Shown one piece after another: positions 1 through 13,280 of a DNA stretch of 64,000 nucleotides. The notes beneath the pieces are model-generated. The model saw only the letters and a program-made list of their open reading frames with translations, was not told the origin of the DNA and did no database searches. How positions within the stretch are numbered: position 1 is the stretch's first letter; each line of letters opens with the position of its first letter. The position numbers were made by a program, and so were the translations under genes. Origin of the DNA: the human T2T-CHM13v2.0 reference genome, Homo sapiens; the NCBI RefSeq assembly GCF_009914755.1, contig NC_060928.1; one strand, given 5' to 3'.

Positions 1-159
1 TGCTACACTGCTACCTCTTTGATTTTTCTAAACCCTACAATGGCTTCACTCACAGTGACTTCAGGTAAGGCTCTTCATAATAATTATCTATCTGCCCAGT
101 TCTTGCACTTGCTATGTACCAGTTATACTCAACTAAAAAGTACTGGTTGAGCCAAACAC

Positions 160-465
160 TTTTGCATGTGCTTCTTCCTTTCCCTAGAAAGACTCTTCTA
201 CCACTCCATTTTCCAAATTAGTCTCATGTGGCCTCAATATCAGCTTCCTCTGAAAGTCTTCCAGGTGGGTTTAGGTGGCCCTTCTTACAAAGCATCTCTT
301 GTTCCTTAAAAAACACAGAGCTTGTCATCCTGTACTGTAATTGCAAAGTTACCATCCATCTCTGCTACTAGACTATGAACTGTGAGACCTCTTTGCATCC
401 ATGGTGCGTAGCATGGGGCTTTACACAGAGTAGGCACTCTGTGAAGGTTTGTTAAAAATAATTTC
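160..465 (+). mobile_element. L2 LINE 3'-end fragment
   Basis: ctagactatgaactgtgag...cacagagtaggcactc...tttgttaaaaata resembles the L2 3' terminus. Confidence 0.55.
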
Positions 466-1234
466 ATGGATGATTATCAACCAACTACAAATAATTTCTA
501 ATATAACAGGTAAAATACATCTGAATAATGCATTTTTTAAAAATAACATTTCTTTTTCATAGAAATATATGAATTAAATTGAGAGATTTAAAAATCCTGC
601 AGAACTGCTAAAATTACTTGGCTGAACTCTGCTCCATGGTTCAGGGCTTCATCATGTAACACCTGTAGCTTAATTATTTTTTCTTTGTTATTTATTATTT
701 GATCATTAAGTCATACCTTTCTGTTTGTTATGGCCATATTAAGGATGTGTTTATGCAGTAATTCAAGTGTTCAGAAAAGCATACCAGCCATTAGCAAGCT
801 CCTTTTCTTGTACAGCCACCTGCCTGCTTGTTGGGACCTTTTCTCTCTCCTAACTTTTGTGTTTCTGAAATACTTTTAAACTAGATACTATTATGTAGAC
901 TCTTGGTATTATGTTATTTCCATTCTTTCATACTCTCTTTCTTAGCCCATTTGTGAAATACAATATTTTAAATTTTGTTTAAAAGAAAAACAGTAAAAGA
1001 GAAATTCGATAGGGATCTATGACTGAGGAGAAGAAAATAAAAGCTCCTGCTTTAGCCATGTCATCCCTGGAAAGTATAAAATGACCTGTTACTAAGAAAA
1101 AGTCTGAGCATCAAAGAGGAAATTTGATACAACATTAAACGAATGTATGTCTCATGATTCTTCTCTTCCAACAACAACAAAAAACACTGAAATATGACAC
1201 ATTCATATTTAAAATGAGAAAAGCTCTCATTTAT

Positions 1235-1604
1235 TATTATGGACTGAACATATATGTCCCCTAAAATTCATGTATCAAAATCCTAAACCCAAATGTGATG
1301 GTATTTGGAGGGGAACCTCTGGGAGGTAATTAGATTTAGATGAGGCCATGAGGGTGGGGACTCGTGATGGGATTAGTGTCCTTATAAGAAGAGAAAGCTA
1401 TACCAGAGCTCCCTCTCTCACCATGTGAGGATACAATGAGAAGGTGGGCATCTAAAAGCCAGGAAGGGAGGTCTCACCAGAACCCAAGCATGCTAGTCCC
1501 CTAATCTCAGATGTCCAGCCTCAAATTATGAGAAATAAATTTTTTGTTGTTTAAGCCACCAAGTCCAGAATATTTTGTTATGCCAACCCAAGTTGACTAA
1601 TACA
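1235..1604 (+). mobile_element. MLT1A-type MaLR solo LTR
   Basis: tatggactgaa...gtcccctaaaattcatg...ccttataagaagag...tttaagccacc...gactaataca, typical of MLT1A/A0. Confidence 0.85.
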
Positions 1605-2685
1605 TTTATACAAAACTAACTCAATTTACCCCTACAAAAAGTTTAGGATGGGAGGAAAATAAAAGAATTATTTGTCTTTTTGCTCAGTTTCTGTTAATAA
1701 ATGGCAGAAAGCTTTTTCTTGCTGCCAAGAGACTAAGAGTTTCCAAAACTCTATTCACCAAGATTTCTGCTGATAGTCCATAATCTTCACCCCATCCATC
1801 TGCTTCTCAAAGACTTAGACAATGGTATAATTTGGGAGAAAACATTATATGCTATAAAGCCAAATTTAAGACAGTGTGAAATGAGATAAAATATTTTAAA
1901 TGTATATCCAAAGATGCCTTAAAAATCTCACAAGAGAGATTGCTTAAAGAAAATTCTTAAATAAATTATAATCATATAAGCAGCTTTTTAAAACCTTATT
2001 GAGAACAGGAAAAAACGTCTTCCCAAGTGTGACCCCAAATGTAACTCAAACAATGGGTCTTATGCCCCAAATCCATTAAGTTATCCCATTAATCTTTGCA
2101 GAGTCGATATCTTAGCCATACAGCACATAAGCCATACAGCATTTTCCTCTCTAATTACAAACATCAGCTATTTCATCATGAAGATGTGGTTTATGTCAGT
2201 CAACACAGCATCCACTAAAGAGGTGAAAGTCACCACTTATATTCTGACGTCTGGTACCATCTGGTGAATTCCCAGGAATTTGAGAGCATTTCATCTCCAC
2301 TAAAAGAGGCTAGCCTGCAGTAACCATTCATACAAGCTCAAAAAAGAAAGCATATCTATGCCCAAGCAAGGACAACGCCAGAATGCAAATAGCCTACTCC
2401 TCCCAAAGCAAGCTATTCTTGTGTTTAAGGAGAAGTTCCAAGCTCATTATCAATTTAAAAGATTCAAACAATTTAACTTGATATAAAAGTGAATTATTAC
2501 CCAATTAACTGACACAGGGGGTTGCTTTCCTTGTCAAACAAGCCCTCAGCACTGCTGATATAAATGACATTGTAACTAGATCATGGCTAAGAAAACACTT
2601 AGGCATGTTGAGAGGTGGTTCATCTGACCAATTAGAAAGTGATTACAAGGGAGAAAGGACGAAGACAGGAAAAGAACTAGAAAGT

Positions 2686-4470
2686 CTCCCAACTTGATCT
2701 ATAGCTTCAATGCAATCCCAATCAAAATTCTAGCAAGTTTTTTACAGATATCAACAAACTGATTCCAAATTTTATATGGAGAAGCAAAAGATTCAGAATA
2801 GCCAATGCAACATTGAAGGAGAAAAACAAAGTTGGAGGACTCACACTACCAGACTTTAAGAATTACTGTAAAGCTACAGTAATAGTGTGATATTGGTGAA
2901 AAAATAGACAAATAGATCAAAGAAATGGAATACAGAGCCTAGAAATAGACTCACATAAATACAGTTAACTGATCTTTGACAAAGGAGCAACGTTAATATA
3001 ATAAAGCAAAGATAGTGTTTTGAACAAACTGTGCTGGAACAACTGGACATCCACATACAAAAAGTGAATATAGACACAGACCTTATATCCTTCACAAAAA
3101 GTAACTCAAAATGGACATAGACCTAAATGTAAAATGCAAAATTATAAAACTCCTAGAAGACAACTTAGCAGAAAACCTAGATGACCTTGAGCATGACAAT
3201 GACTTTTTAGATAAAACACCATGGCAAGACCTACGAAAGAAATAATTGATAAGCTGAACTTCATTAATTTTTTTTTTAAAAAATCTAGTTTGCAAAAGAC
3301 ATGTAAAAGAATGAGAATATAACCCACAGACTGGAAGAAAATATTTGTAAAAGATATATCTAACAAAAAACTGTTGTCCAAAATATACAAAGAACTCTTA
3401 AAACTCAACAATAATAAAACAAATTGATTCAAAATGGGCCTAAAATCTTAACAGACACCTCATCAAAGAAGATGGCGAATAAGCATATGTAAAGATGATC
3501 CACATTATATGTCACCAGAAAAATGCAAAAGAGAACTGTCAACATTTCAACTGTAGGAGGTTGGATTTTAGGTAAAGATAGCAGATAACAATCTTAACAA
3601 TGAGACACCACTACGTACCTATTAGAATGGACAAAATCCAGAATGACAACACCAAATGCTGGTGAGGATGTGGAGCAACAGAACTCTCATTCATTGTTGG
3701 TGGAAATGCAAAATGGTTCAGCCACTTTGGAAGATAGTTTGGCTGTTTCTTACAAAACTAAACATATTCTTACCAAATAATCCAGTTACTGTGCTCCTTT
3801 GTATTTACCCCAAAAAGTTGAAAACTTATATCCACACAGAAACCTGCAGAAGAATGTCTACAGCAGCTTTATTCATAATGGCCAAAACTTAGAAGCAACG
3901 AAGATACCCTTCAGAAGGTGAATGGAAAAATAAACTTTGGTATATCCAGTCAATAGAATATTGTTGAGTGATAAAACAAAATGAGTTATCAAGCCATGAA
4001 AAGCCATGGAGAAAACATAAATGCATATTACTAATGAAAAAAGTCAATCTGAAGCCTACATGTTATATAATTCCAACTGTATGACATTCTGAAAAAGGCA
4101 AAACTGTGGAAACACTAGCAATATCAGTGGTTACCAGGGTGTTGCAGGAGTAAATAGGCAGAGCACAGCAGATTTTTAGGGCAAGGCAAAAAACTCTGTG
4201 ATACTATAATGATGGATATATATCATAATACATTTGTCAAAACCCACAGAATGTACAACACCAAGAGCCAGCCCTAGTGTAAATTATAGACCTTGTGTGC
4301 CAATTATGTGTTAATGTAGGTTCATCAGTTGTAACATACGTACCAGTCTAGTGGGGTTGTTGACAAAGGGAAACGACATGCTTGTGTTGGGATAGAGAAT
4401 ACATGAGAAATCTCTACACTTTCCTCTTCATTTTGCTGTGAACTTAAAATGCTCTAAAAATATAAATTCT
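2686..4470 (+). mobile_element. L1MC-like LINE-1 fragment (ORF2 C-terminus + 3'UTR), decayed
   Basis: L1 ORF2 homology (ttcaatgcaatcccaatcaaaatt; ORF-track peptide CWWKCKMVQPLWK) and an L1MC-type 3'UTR (aatgtacaacaccaagag...ttttgctgtgaac). Confidence 0.88.
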
Positions 4471-4869
4471 TTTAAAAATATTTTCTAAGAGTGAGAGTCC
4501 AAATCGATGATGTTCTTAAAGAGAGATTTTCATATGAATTCGTGACCAGACAAAAATTCCCAAACTGACTATTAACTTTCCATGATTCATGGCAAAATAA
4601 ATTGGAAGCACCACTAGGCTGGAAGCTAAAATTTTTCCCATAACATTGCAAGAAAAACATGACTGATTACTTGATTTTTAACCACATTTTTGTATTGATT
4701 TATACTTTTTTGAGCAAAGGGATAGAAAGGTAAGTTGCTCAAAATAAGTGAATTATTCTTAGAAAAATATCACAAAGATAATAATAAAACAAGCCACATT
4801 TAATGTTTGAAGCCCCAACATAACAATGACAATAAGAAATATTAACTCTCTAATGAATCATGTTACGAT

Positions 4870-4969
4870 GATGCTGAGCTCACAAGCTTCTCTGGTGATT
4901 TCTGAACCCTTAACTTAGCATGTAGCACATGTTTACTGAATGAATGAATGAATGAATGAATGAATGAAT
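4870..4969 (+). repeat. L2 tail with (TGAA)n microsatellite
   Basis: (tgaa)8 at 4937-4968 preceded by L2-like end sequence. Confidence 0.65.
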
Positions 4970-6069
4970 CTATGGAGCTGTTTGCCTATACTTTAATCAT
5001 GAGTAACAACATTAGGACTCTTACTGTCAACATTTCAACCTCAGGAGGTTGGATTTTAGGTAAAGATAGCAGATAACAATTTTAACAATGCTAGACCAGA
5101 GGGCAATTCTGAGCACATTTTCACCTTACTCACCTCTGAAGAAAAGTGGACCTAAGGTCAAAGAAAACTCTGAGAGATGACCAATTTTCAAAAATCAGTT
5201 AGAGATTTCTCATTCTCCTTCATACATTCACTGGCACCTGTGACTAACAATTTGCTCCAAAGCGAAATTCAGCATAAGGCAGGTCCATCTTGAACTCTAT
5301 CCAAAGGGGTTTAATTACTGAATCATCAAAAAAAATCTTGTTATAAAATAGATTTACCCAAAAGGCAGCCAGATGGCTTAGTTCCAATGTATTAGTAAGG
5401 ATAAAAAGAACAAGAAACATGTTGTCCACCCCCCTGCCCCCACCCCACCCAAGATGTTTGTTGGTTTGCTTGCAGTCAAAACCCAGGTAATAGGGGAAGT
5501 TGATGCCTGGGAAAGGAAATAAAACTGGCTTTATGACATTCCCTAGCAACTGAACAGAATCTCTGAGGTCTCAACAGGTATTAGGGACAGAAAAGTTCCT
5601 CTAGACCAAGATCATTGTTTCCAAAAAATGTGGGTGCAACTTGCCTCCATAAGCAACTGTATCTTAGGAACAGAAATTTTAATTGACTGAAACCCACTGT
5701 GTGAAACTTAGAATGGAAATTGGGTTCTCCACCTCCGCAGCACCTTTATTTTGGGCTATGAAGCTTTGGAAGGACAGCAGGGAATACAAACTGGCTATGG
5801 GTTGTCTTCTATATTATTCATTTATGTACCAAAAAAAAAAAAAAGGCAGAAGAAGAAAAAAAGAAAAACAAAAACCTTCCCAGTTCCAAGGGAGTCAGAC
5901 AAAAGGTAAGAGCACTGCTAGAGAGGAGACTTGTTCTTGTTGGCTTGTGAAGTAAAGAGACCTTTTCTATATTTTGTAATAAAAGCAAGAGCAATTGTGA
6001 TCTGTCATCTCCAGGAAGTTTGTCACCTGTGAGATTTTTATTAGCCATCTTTACAGTGTTATTCAATTC

Positions 6070-6190
6070 TATGTATAGATCTCTTTGAGGGCAGGGACTG
6101 TGTCCTCTTCATTCCCCAAACCGGCACAGTGCCTGTCGTTTGTAGGTTCTCAATAAATATTTGTGAAATGAATATCAGATGAATGGGTGA
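6070..6190 (+). mobile_element. L2 3'-end fragment
   Basis: tgagggcagggactgtgtc...cacagtgcctg...ctcaataaatatttgtgaaatgaat. Confidence 0.8.
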
Positions 6191-7084
6191 AATGATGAAC
6201 CCACAGTTCTATATATTTCAAAACCTCAAAATATGTAGGCACAGTATATTATAGTATAGAAAGGATAAAATGTTTTGCAGGAAAAGAACTAAGAAATCAA
6301 CAGACTCATTGTCCTGATTTTTAAAAATAAGAGAAATGAGGCTTCCAGAAAGTTAAAATGTTATATTGACTAGAAAAGGAGTAATGAAATCCCAAGATTT
6401 TGAAAAATATATACACAGTATGTGTGAATTCCACATTGTTTCAATGATATCTGCACTACCTGGCTCTCTCTTGACTTCCAACTCATTTCTGGGTTCTCCC
6501 CATGTACATTTATTTTCTCAAAAAATGCAAACTACTTTAGAATTAGCTTAAGTAAAACCTTATTAGGTAAATCATATGCTGGAATGGATTCCAAAGATAC
6601 ATTTAAAAACTCCTTTCATACAGCAATTTCTTAAGACTGATGGTATTATAGTCAATGAGCCACCTTGTTTGAACTGTCTAGGTCAGACTAAAGAAGAACC
6701 AAATTTAGAAGATTTCCAAATGAATTTAGTGGTGATGTGGTGATGTTATAAATTAGCCAGGCAATCAGATGTAAAATGCTAAGTTTAGATAACCATCACC
6801 ATATGTCAAGCAGACAGTGATTACCGGGCAATGTGCATAGGAGAAAGCAGAAGGAGTGGTAGGCCCAATTCTTCATTGTGTAGTCTCCATGTGCACAGCA
6901 GCAGCCTCACAAGAAGAGGAACAGTGGTCCCTTTGTAGTGTCACTTGAGGGGTCTTCACCCTAAACCATCTTCCCAAATAACTTCCTCAGATGCCGGAAA
7001 TTTTATTTCAACACAAATAGCCCTGGAAGAAATTCTATGCTGATTGTCTTTTAGGTAGAAAGACTCACAGCCGTGGCAGTAGAT

Positions 7085-7500
7085 AAGGGTTCTAATATAG
7101 GTGTCATTACCACTTTCTAGCTGCACAATCTAGGGCAAGTTAACCAACACTTTCAACCTTAGTGCTTTGGATGTTTCTAAATCCATAAAATAGAGATTTG
7201 AAGTCCTACCTCTCAAAGTCCTCTCAAAGTCATTGCAAGGCTTACACTAGACACCATATGCAAAGGGTTACAAAGTTGGTGCTTAAGGAAAAGAAAGGGG
7301 CATGAGTGGGGAGATGACAATTAGCTTAGCTTGATGGTCAAGCCTCCCATGATTAGATTATCAAATTCAAATCTTGAATTCTGTGTAATTTTGCACAAGC
7401 AACGTACCTTCTCTGTGCCTTTGTTTCTTCATCTGTAAATAAGGAATAATAATGGTACATATACTGAAACTTATTATATAAGGTCAGTAATATCATAGTG
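7085..7500 (+). mobile_element. Two MIR fragments
   Basis: gggcaagttaacc... and ctctgtgcctttgtttcttcatctgtaaataaggaataataatggtac (MIR core). Confidence 0.65.
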
Positions 7501-8394
7501 GTAATGTGCTAATATTTGGGCTCAGTAAATTGAGCCCTTAACAGCAGAAATGCAGCAGGTATGAGTATTTCAGGAGACAAAGAGGAAGCATACCCAAAAC
7601 ACAGGGAGATATAAAGGGGCCTTAAAAAGAAATGTAAATGGATATCAAGAAGATAGTGCTTATTCAAATATTTATCCAGGTCTGTGTAGGCCTCATCTTT
7701 CTTTATTTTCCTGCATCTCTCTAAAAACGCTATAAACTATTCAGTCTGTTGTCTTGGACTTATTCATTGTAATCTGTTAGGTTTGATTTTGAATTTATAA
7801 CTAGTATTCAACCACTGGCCTGTATTTACAATTAACAAGTAAAGCATAAAAGAATTGCATCCCCACCCTTCCCAGAGAGACTATAAAGCCGAACAGCCCT
7901 TCCCTTAACAATGAGGCTAAACAGATGAGGCTTGCCCTATGGCCTAAAGTTTAGCATTCCCAGGCTGCACCAGAAAAACAACAGAAATGAGCTCCAAAAC
8001 CGAAGATTCCCCACCCTTCTAGCAGATTTCAAACTTTAGGCCTAACGAAGGCAATGTGTTCTACCAATGGGGGTAGTCATGCCTCATCACAGATTTCAGT
8101 CTTAAGGTCAGAATTTTCTGACAGTTATTGGGTAATTGTTTGGACTGAAAAAGTAAGAAGTATCCAGTCATTGAGCTAGGTCCATGCTCCTGGTAGAGTG
8201 AAATACTGTTGTTATTCGAGTCCAATCCTCTGTGTCTGGGCCCAACATGGGCTCCCAAGTGAGTCAGATTAAATTACAGACTTCAATTCTGAGCCCTTTA
8301 GTATTTCAGTCAGACTATAAGGCATAATTACTCCTTATTTTTGCTTATTTTTGCATTTCCCCCTTTATGCTCCTCATCACATTGTACTAGTAAA

Positions 8395-9560
8395 TGTATT
8401 TTTTATTTATATATCTTATGAATAGTAAAATGTACAGAGCTTACATGTAAAAGTTTTAAGAATTCTAACAAATGGAACATCTGTGTAACCAACACTAAAT
8501 CAAGGTATAGATTTCCTTTACCATTGAAAGATCTCTTTCCAATCAATACTTCCTAACCCTCATCACTCCCTAAAACTTTTTTTTAGTTTTTATCCCTATA
8601 GATTAGTTTTTATTCCTATAGATTAGTTTTTATTATGCTTGAACTTCTTATAAATACAATGATACCATCTGTGTTTTTATGCCTATTTTCATCTGTTCAG
8701 CATATTTTTGTTATTCATCTATGATGTTGAATGTATCAGGAGTTTTATTACTGAGTAATTTTCCATCAAGTGAATATAATACAACTTGGTGTCTATGCTT
8801 CTGTTGACGGACATTTGATTGCTTCCCGTTATTGGCCATTGTGAAAAAAGCTACTGTGGGAACGTGTGCACAAATTTTTAGTGGACTCTTGTTTTCAATG
8901 TTGGGTAAATACCTAGGAGTGAAATTGATGAACTATAGAGTAAGTATATGTTTACCTTTATTAGGATCTACTAAAATGTTTTTCAAAGCTATTTTAGATA
9001 CCTCATATAAGCCAGTCATTTTTATTTGAACAATTCTAGTGGGTGTATGGTGGTACCTCTTTCTTGTTTTAAATCATGTTTCCCTGATGACTAATGATGC
9101 TGAGCATCTTCTCATGTGCTTATTGACCATTCATATATCTTTTTTGTGAAGTATTCATTTACTTGCTTTTGTGGATCATATTGCATTATTTTGTATCATA
9201 ATTGTAATGCATATTGTACTATATTGTATTAGGTTGGTGCAAAATTAATTGCTGTTTTTGTCATTACTTTCAACAGCAAAAACTGCAATTAATTTTGTAC
9301 TAACCTAATGTATTCAATTGTATTGTATATTTAATTAACAATTAATACATTATCTTATACATGTTTGTCCTGTCTAAAAACTCTGTGCCCACCCCCAGGC
9401 CATGATGATATTTCCCTGTTGTTATTTCTATAAGCTTTGTAGTTTCACATTTTACAGTTAGGTCTATGATTATCTCTGATTCACTTTTTGTGTATGCTGT
9501 GAGGCAGGAGTCAAAGTTGCTCCAACACCCTTCATCAAAAATATTGTCTTCCCTCGTGAG
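8395..9560 (-). mobile_element. Old L1M fragment (antisense)
   Basis: Reverse L1 motifs: ggacatttgattgcttcc, gggtaaatacctaggagt, tccctgatgactaatgatgctgagcatcttctcatgtgcttattg. Confidence 0.8.
9229..9308. mobile_element. MADE1 (mariner-derived 80-bp MITE) nested in L1
   Basis: ttaggttggtgcaaaattaattgc...gcaattaattttgtactaacctaa; 80 bp palindromic TIRs, TA target on the left side. Confidence 0.92.
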
Positions 9561-9854
9561 TTTATTTTTCAATTCCATGCTTCCTCAATTGTGAGCTCCT
9601 TTGTGGTACATCTATGATTGATTTATCCTTATAATCTTAGAGTACAGCATAGTGTCTCTGTTACATGGGAGCGTCGTAAATGGACACTGAATGAATACAT
9701 TTTCTACGAGCTGAAAGAAAGCTAGGTTAACACTTGAGATTTTCCTATTTTTATATGTTTTTTTCTTTTATCTCTAAATAAAATCCAAATTCCTTACCAG
9801 GTGCTGCATGATGCAGCCCACTCTTTTTTCTAACCTTATCTTTTCATATACCCC

Positions 9855-10230
9855 TGCTATAAATTAATATATTGAAATCTTCATCCCCAATGTGGCTATA
9901 TTTGGAGAGAGGACTGTTAGGAGGTAATTAAGGCTAAACAAGGTTCATAAGAATAGAACCCTAATCCCATAAAATTGGTGGCTTTACATAAAGCAGAAGA
10001 GAAGGAGATCTCTCCTTTTCTCTCTCCACAGACACATACTAACAAAAGGCCACATGAGGACACAGTGAGAAGCTGGAAGTCTACAACCCAGAAGAGAGCC
10101 CTCAACAGAACCTAACCATGCTGGTACCCTGATCTCAGACATCCAGCCTCCAGAAGAGTGAAAAAATATAATTCTTATTTCTAAGCAACCTGGTCTATGG
10201 TATTTCATTATGGCAGCCCAAGCTAAGACA
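9855..10230 (+). mobile_element. MLT1A-like MaLR LTR inserted in an L2
   Basis: ccccaatgtggctatatttggag...gaggacacagtgagaag...catccagcctccagaa...tatggcagcccaagctaagaca. Confidence 0.8.
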
Positions 10231-10234
10231 GATC

Positions 10235-11060
10235 CCTATCCTATTCACCATGCTGCAGAGCCACATGAGCCTCCCTTTTGTTCCTCAAGCTCATCAAATA
10301 CCTCCTAGCCTTAGAACTTGCTATTCCCTCTAACCAGAATTCTCTTCCAGGTCTTTCCATCCTGTAAGTCTTGTCCTTTAGATCGAAATTCACATGTGAC
10401 CTCCCCTGAGAATGGTCCTCTGAAAACCTATCTCAAAGAGTGTTCCCAGTTACTCTCTACCTTACCCCCAGGTTATTATCTTCCCACCACTTTTCCATAT
10501 TTGTAATCATTTGCTTTTGTATATGTGTGATATGGTTAGGCTTAGTGTCCCTACCCAAATCTCGTGTTAAATTGTAATCCCCAGGGAGATTACAATTTAG
10601 GGAGAGACCTGGTGGGAAGTGATTGGATTATGGGGGTGGGTTCCCCCATGCTGTTCTCGTGATAGTGAGTGAATTCTCATAAGATCTAATGGTTTTGTAA
10701 ATGGTAGTTTTTCCTGTGCTGACTCATTCTCTCTCCTGCTGCCTTGTGAAGAGGTGCCTTCTGTCATGACTGTAAGTTTCCTGAAGCTTCCCCAACCATG
10801 GGGAACTGTGAGTCAATTAAACCTCTTTGCTTTATAAATTACCCAGTCTCAGGTATTTCTTCATAGCAGTGTAAGAATGGACTAATACAATGTGTAGTTA
10901 TTTATTTAATATTTGTCACCACCCCCCAAGCACATTCACACAATCAGCCCCTTCAGATCAGAGATCCATACATTTACCATTTTATTGCTAGCATCTAGCA
11001 TGCTTGGCTCATTATTATTGCTCAGTAACTATTTGTGGAGTAAATAAATAAATGATCAAT
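10235..11060 (+). mobile_element. L2 3' region, interrupted by the THE1/MST LTR
   Basis: gcctcccttttgttcctcaagc...ttgctattccctct... and terminal gctcagtaactatttgtggagtaaataaat. Confidence 0.6.
10528..10889 (+). mobile_element. THE1/MSTA-type MaLR solo LTR
   Basis: tgatatggtt...aactgtgagtcaattaaacctc...ggactaataca; perfect 5-bp TSD atgtg (10523-10527, 10890-10894). Confidence 0.92.
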
Positions 11061-11460
11061 CAATGAAAATCATGTGATATAAATAAGTTTCTTACTTTAA
11101 GAATTCAGTTTATTGATAGACTGTATTGCATGTCAAATTGACATTAAAAAGGAAAGGATAATAGTGTAAGAATTAGGATAACAAAAGATGGAAGGGGGGG
11201 CAAATAAAAATATGCCAGTGGTTTCCATATGATCTTAAATAAGTTACTAACATTCTGGTTACCATTTCAAAAATAGGCATAAAAATATTTGCTCAGCCTA
11301 TATCAAAGCGATTTCAAAACTTGAGTAGGGCCCCTCATTCAATAATATTTCATATATTACTTATAAAATACCTTATAATTATAAGGCATTGTTTTCTGTT
11401 AGGTACTGGACACATTAAGGAAGAGAAGTAATTTAAAATATGCTGTCTCCAGGATTGAGA

Positions 11461-11662
11461 ACTGCATTGTTCAATATAGTAACCACTGGCCACATATAGC
11501 TATTTATACTTAATAAAAAATTTTAAAATTGCATTTTTTATTTCTTAGGTCTGCTAGCCACTTTTCCAGTGCTCAATAGCTACATGTGTCTAGTGAGTAT
11601 TCTGTTGGATAGCACAGATATAGATTATTTCCATCATAGCCCAGAGTTCTATTAAACAGCAA
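11461..11662. mobile_element. MER3-like hAT-Charlie DNA transposon
   Basis: gttcaatatagtaaccactggccacat...gtgctcaatagctacatgtgtctagtg...ttggatagcacag...ttctattaaacagc. Confidence 0.75.
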
Positions 11663-11779
11663 TTCTAGAGTTTACAAGATGCTTTAAGAGATGAAGTAAA
11701 TCTCCTTGAAATTACCTAAAAACAATCAAAATTGCACATTAGCTTTCACAAAGTAATATCCAAAAATATATATACTAAC

Positions 11780-13280
11780 AAACACACAGGAAAAGAAGGA
11801 TGGGAGAAGAATCAGAATCTGACAGGTGAGTTTAAGAAAACTCCCTGGAAGATGAGAGGTTTGAAATGTCTCTTTAAGGAGGTAAATCTGGAAAATGATA
11901 GATAGATTTCAGAGCAAAGAGAGAGAAAGCATGTTAGGAAGAGAGATACCAAGACAAGGGTTAGTACATCTGGCATGTGAATTTCTAAGTCTGGAGACTA
12001 ATGGGTATTTATTTTCAGGTACTGGTGCTAACTGGTGGAATGTAAGGGTAACAGAAATATACTATATGGTTTCTGTCTGTGTACCATAAGGAAGAGAAGC
12101 AGACAAGCAAAAAGGCATTTAACATACAAGGCCAGTGTGTGCCACACAAGTGTAATAGAGCCTCTGAGGAGTTCTGCACTTTGAAACCAGGGAAGTGTTC
12201 ATGAATGTGGGACAAATGAAGTTGACTTTGAGGAGCAAGTAAGATTTAGGTAAATGTGGGTGATTTCAAGGGAAAGTAATAGAGAGAGGAAAGACAGTAA
12301 GGCAAGGTTAATGAAACCATGGAGAGTCCAGCTAGATGGGGACAAAGTGCATAGATGGTAGAACTGGGAGAAATCTGGAAAATATAGATGTGAGGCACAG
12401 TGGCTAGAAAGACACAGTTCTGACCCTTACGACAGACAAGTAGCCAGGAATCTCAATGCAGTATGGCAAGTTCTCCGATGAAGCAGGTGTTTCGGATGCA
12501 CAGAGGAGGGGGTATCTGGCCAAGTCTTGGGGGCCACTGAAGGCTATGTTCAGGAGGAAATCTGAGGGATGATATTAAAAGGTGAGTAGAAACTAGCCAG
12601 GCAAAAGGTGGAACATAATATTCAAGCAAGGGCAAAAACATGTGCAGAGAAGAAAAAAGAGAGAGGCGTGTTGCATTGAAGCATAGTATTTTAGTTAGTT
12701 TTGGGCTTTCAGTTTAAGGCTAAAAGTTTTGAGAGACGGTGCTGAGAAGGAAAGCAAGAACTAGTTCATGAGAGTGACTGCAATCCACTTTCAGTTACTT
12801 AGACTCAGAAAATGCTTAAAGATGTTTGTCAAGGATGAGTCTAAATCCGTTTCATTTAGTTTCACTCCCTGCCTCTGCCTTACTGCAAAGTGGATTGGAG
12901 AGGAAGAAGAAAACCAGGAGTCAGCCAGGAGACTATTATAGCATATTTGGGTGAGAGATGACAGTGGTTTGAAAGCAGGGAGGCACTATGGAAATGAGAG
13001 AAGTGAAATCAGTGAAGAGATGTTTAAATAGTAGATTGACACAATTTAGTTATTGATTGAATTTAGAGTTTGAAGAGAAATTTCCCTTGTTTTCTGGCTT
13101 GAGCAAAGTTTTCTCGGTTCAGTTTTGGATACACTGAACAGGCGGTAACTGTGAGCCACCCAAATGATTGGTTCAGGGGCAATTGGATGCACTGTCCTGG
13201 AGTGAGAAGAGAGACCACACTGGAGGTAAAGATCTAAGACTCTTTAGCACCTGGGTGATATTGTAAAAGGATTCAGGAAG
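11780..13280 (-). mobile_element. Degraded L2 fragments (antisense)
   Basis: Purine-rich antisense L2 motifs (gacacagttctgaccct; ggagactattatagc...gagagatgacagtggtttg; gtttctggcttgagcaa). Confidence 0.55.
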
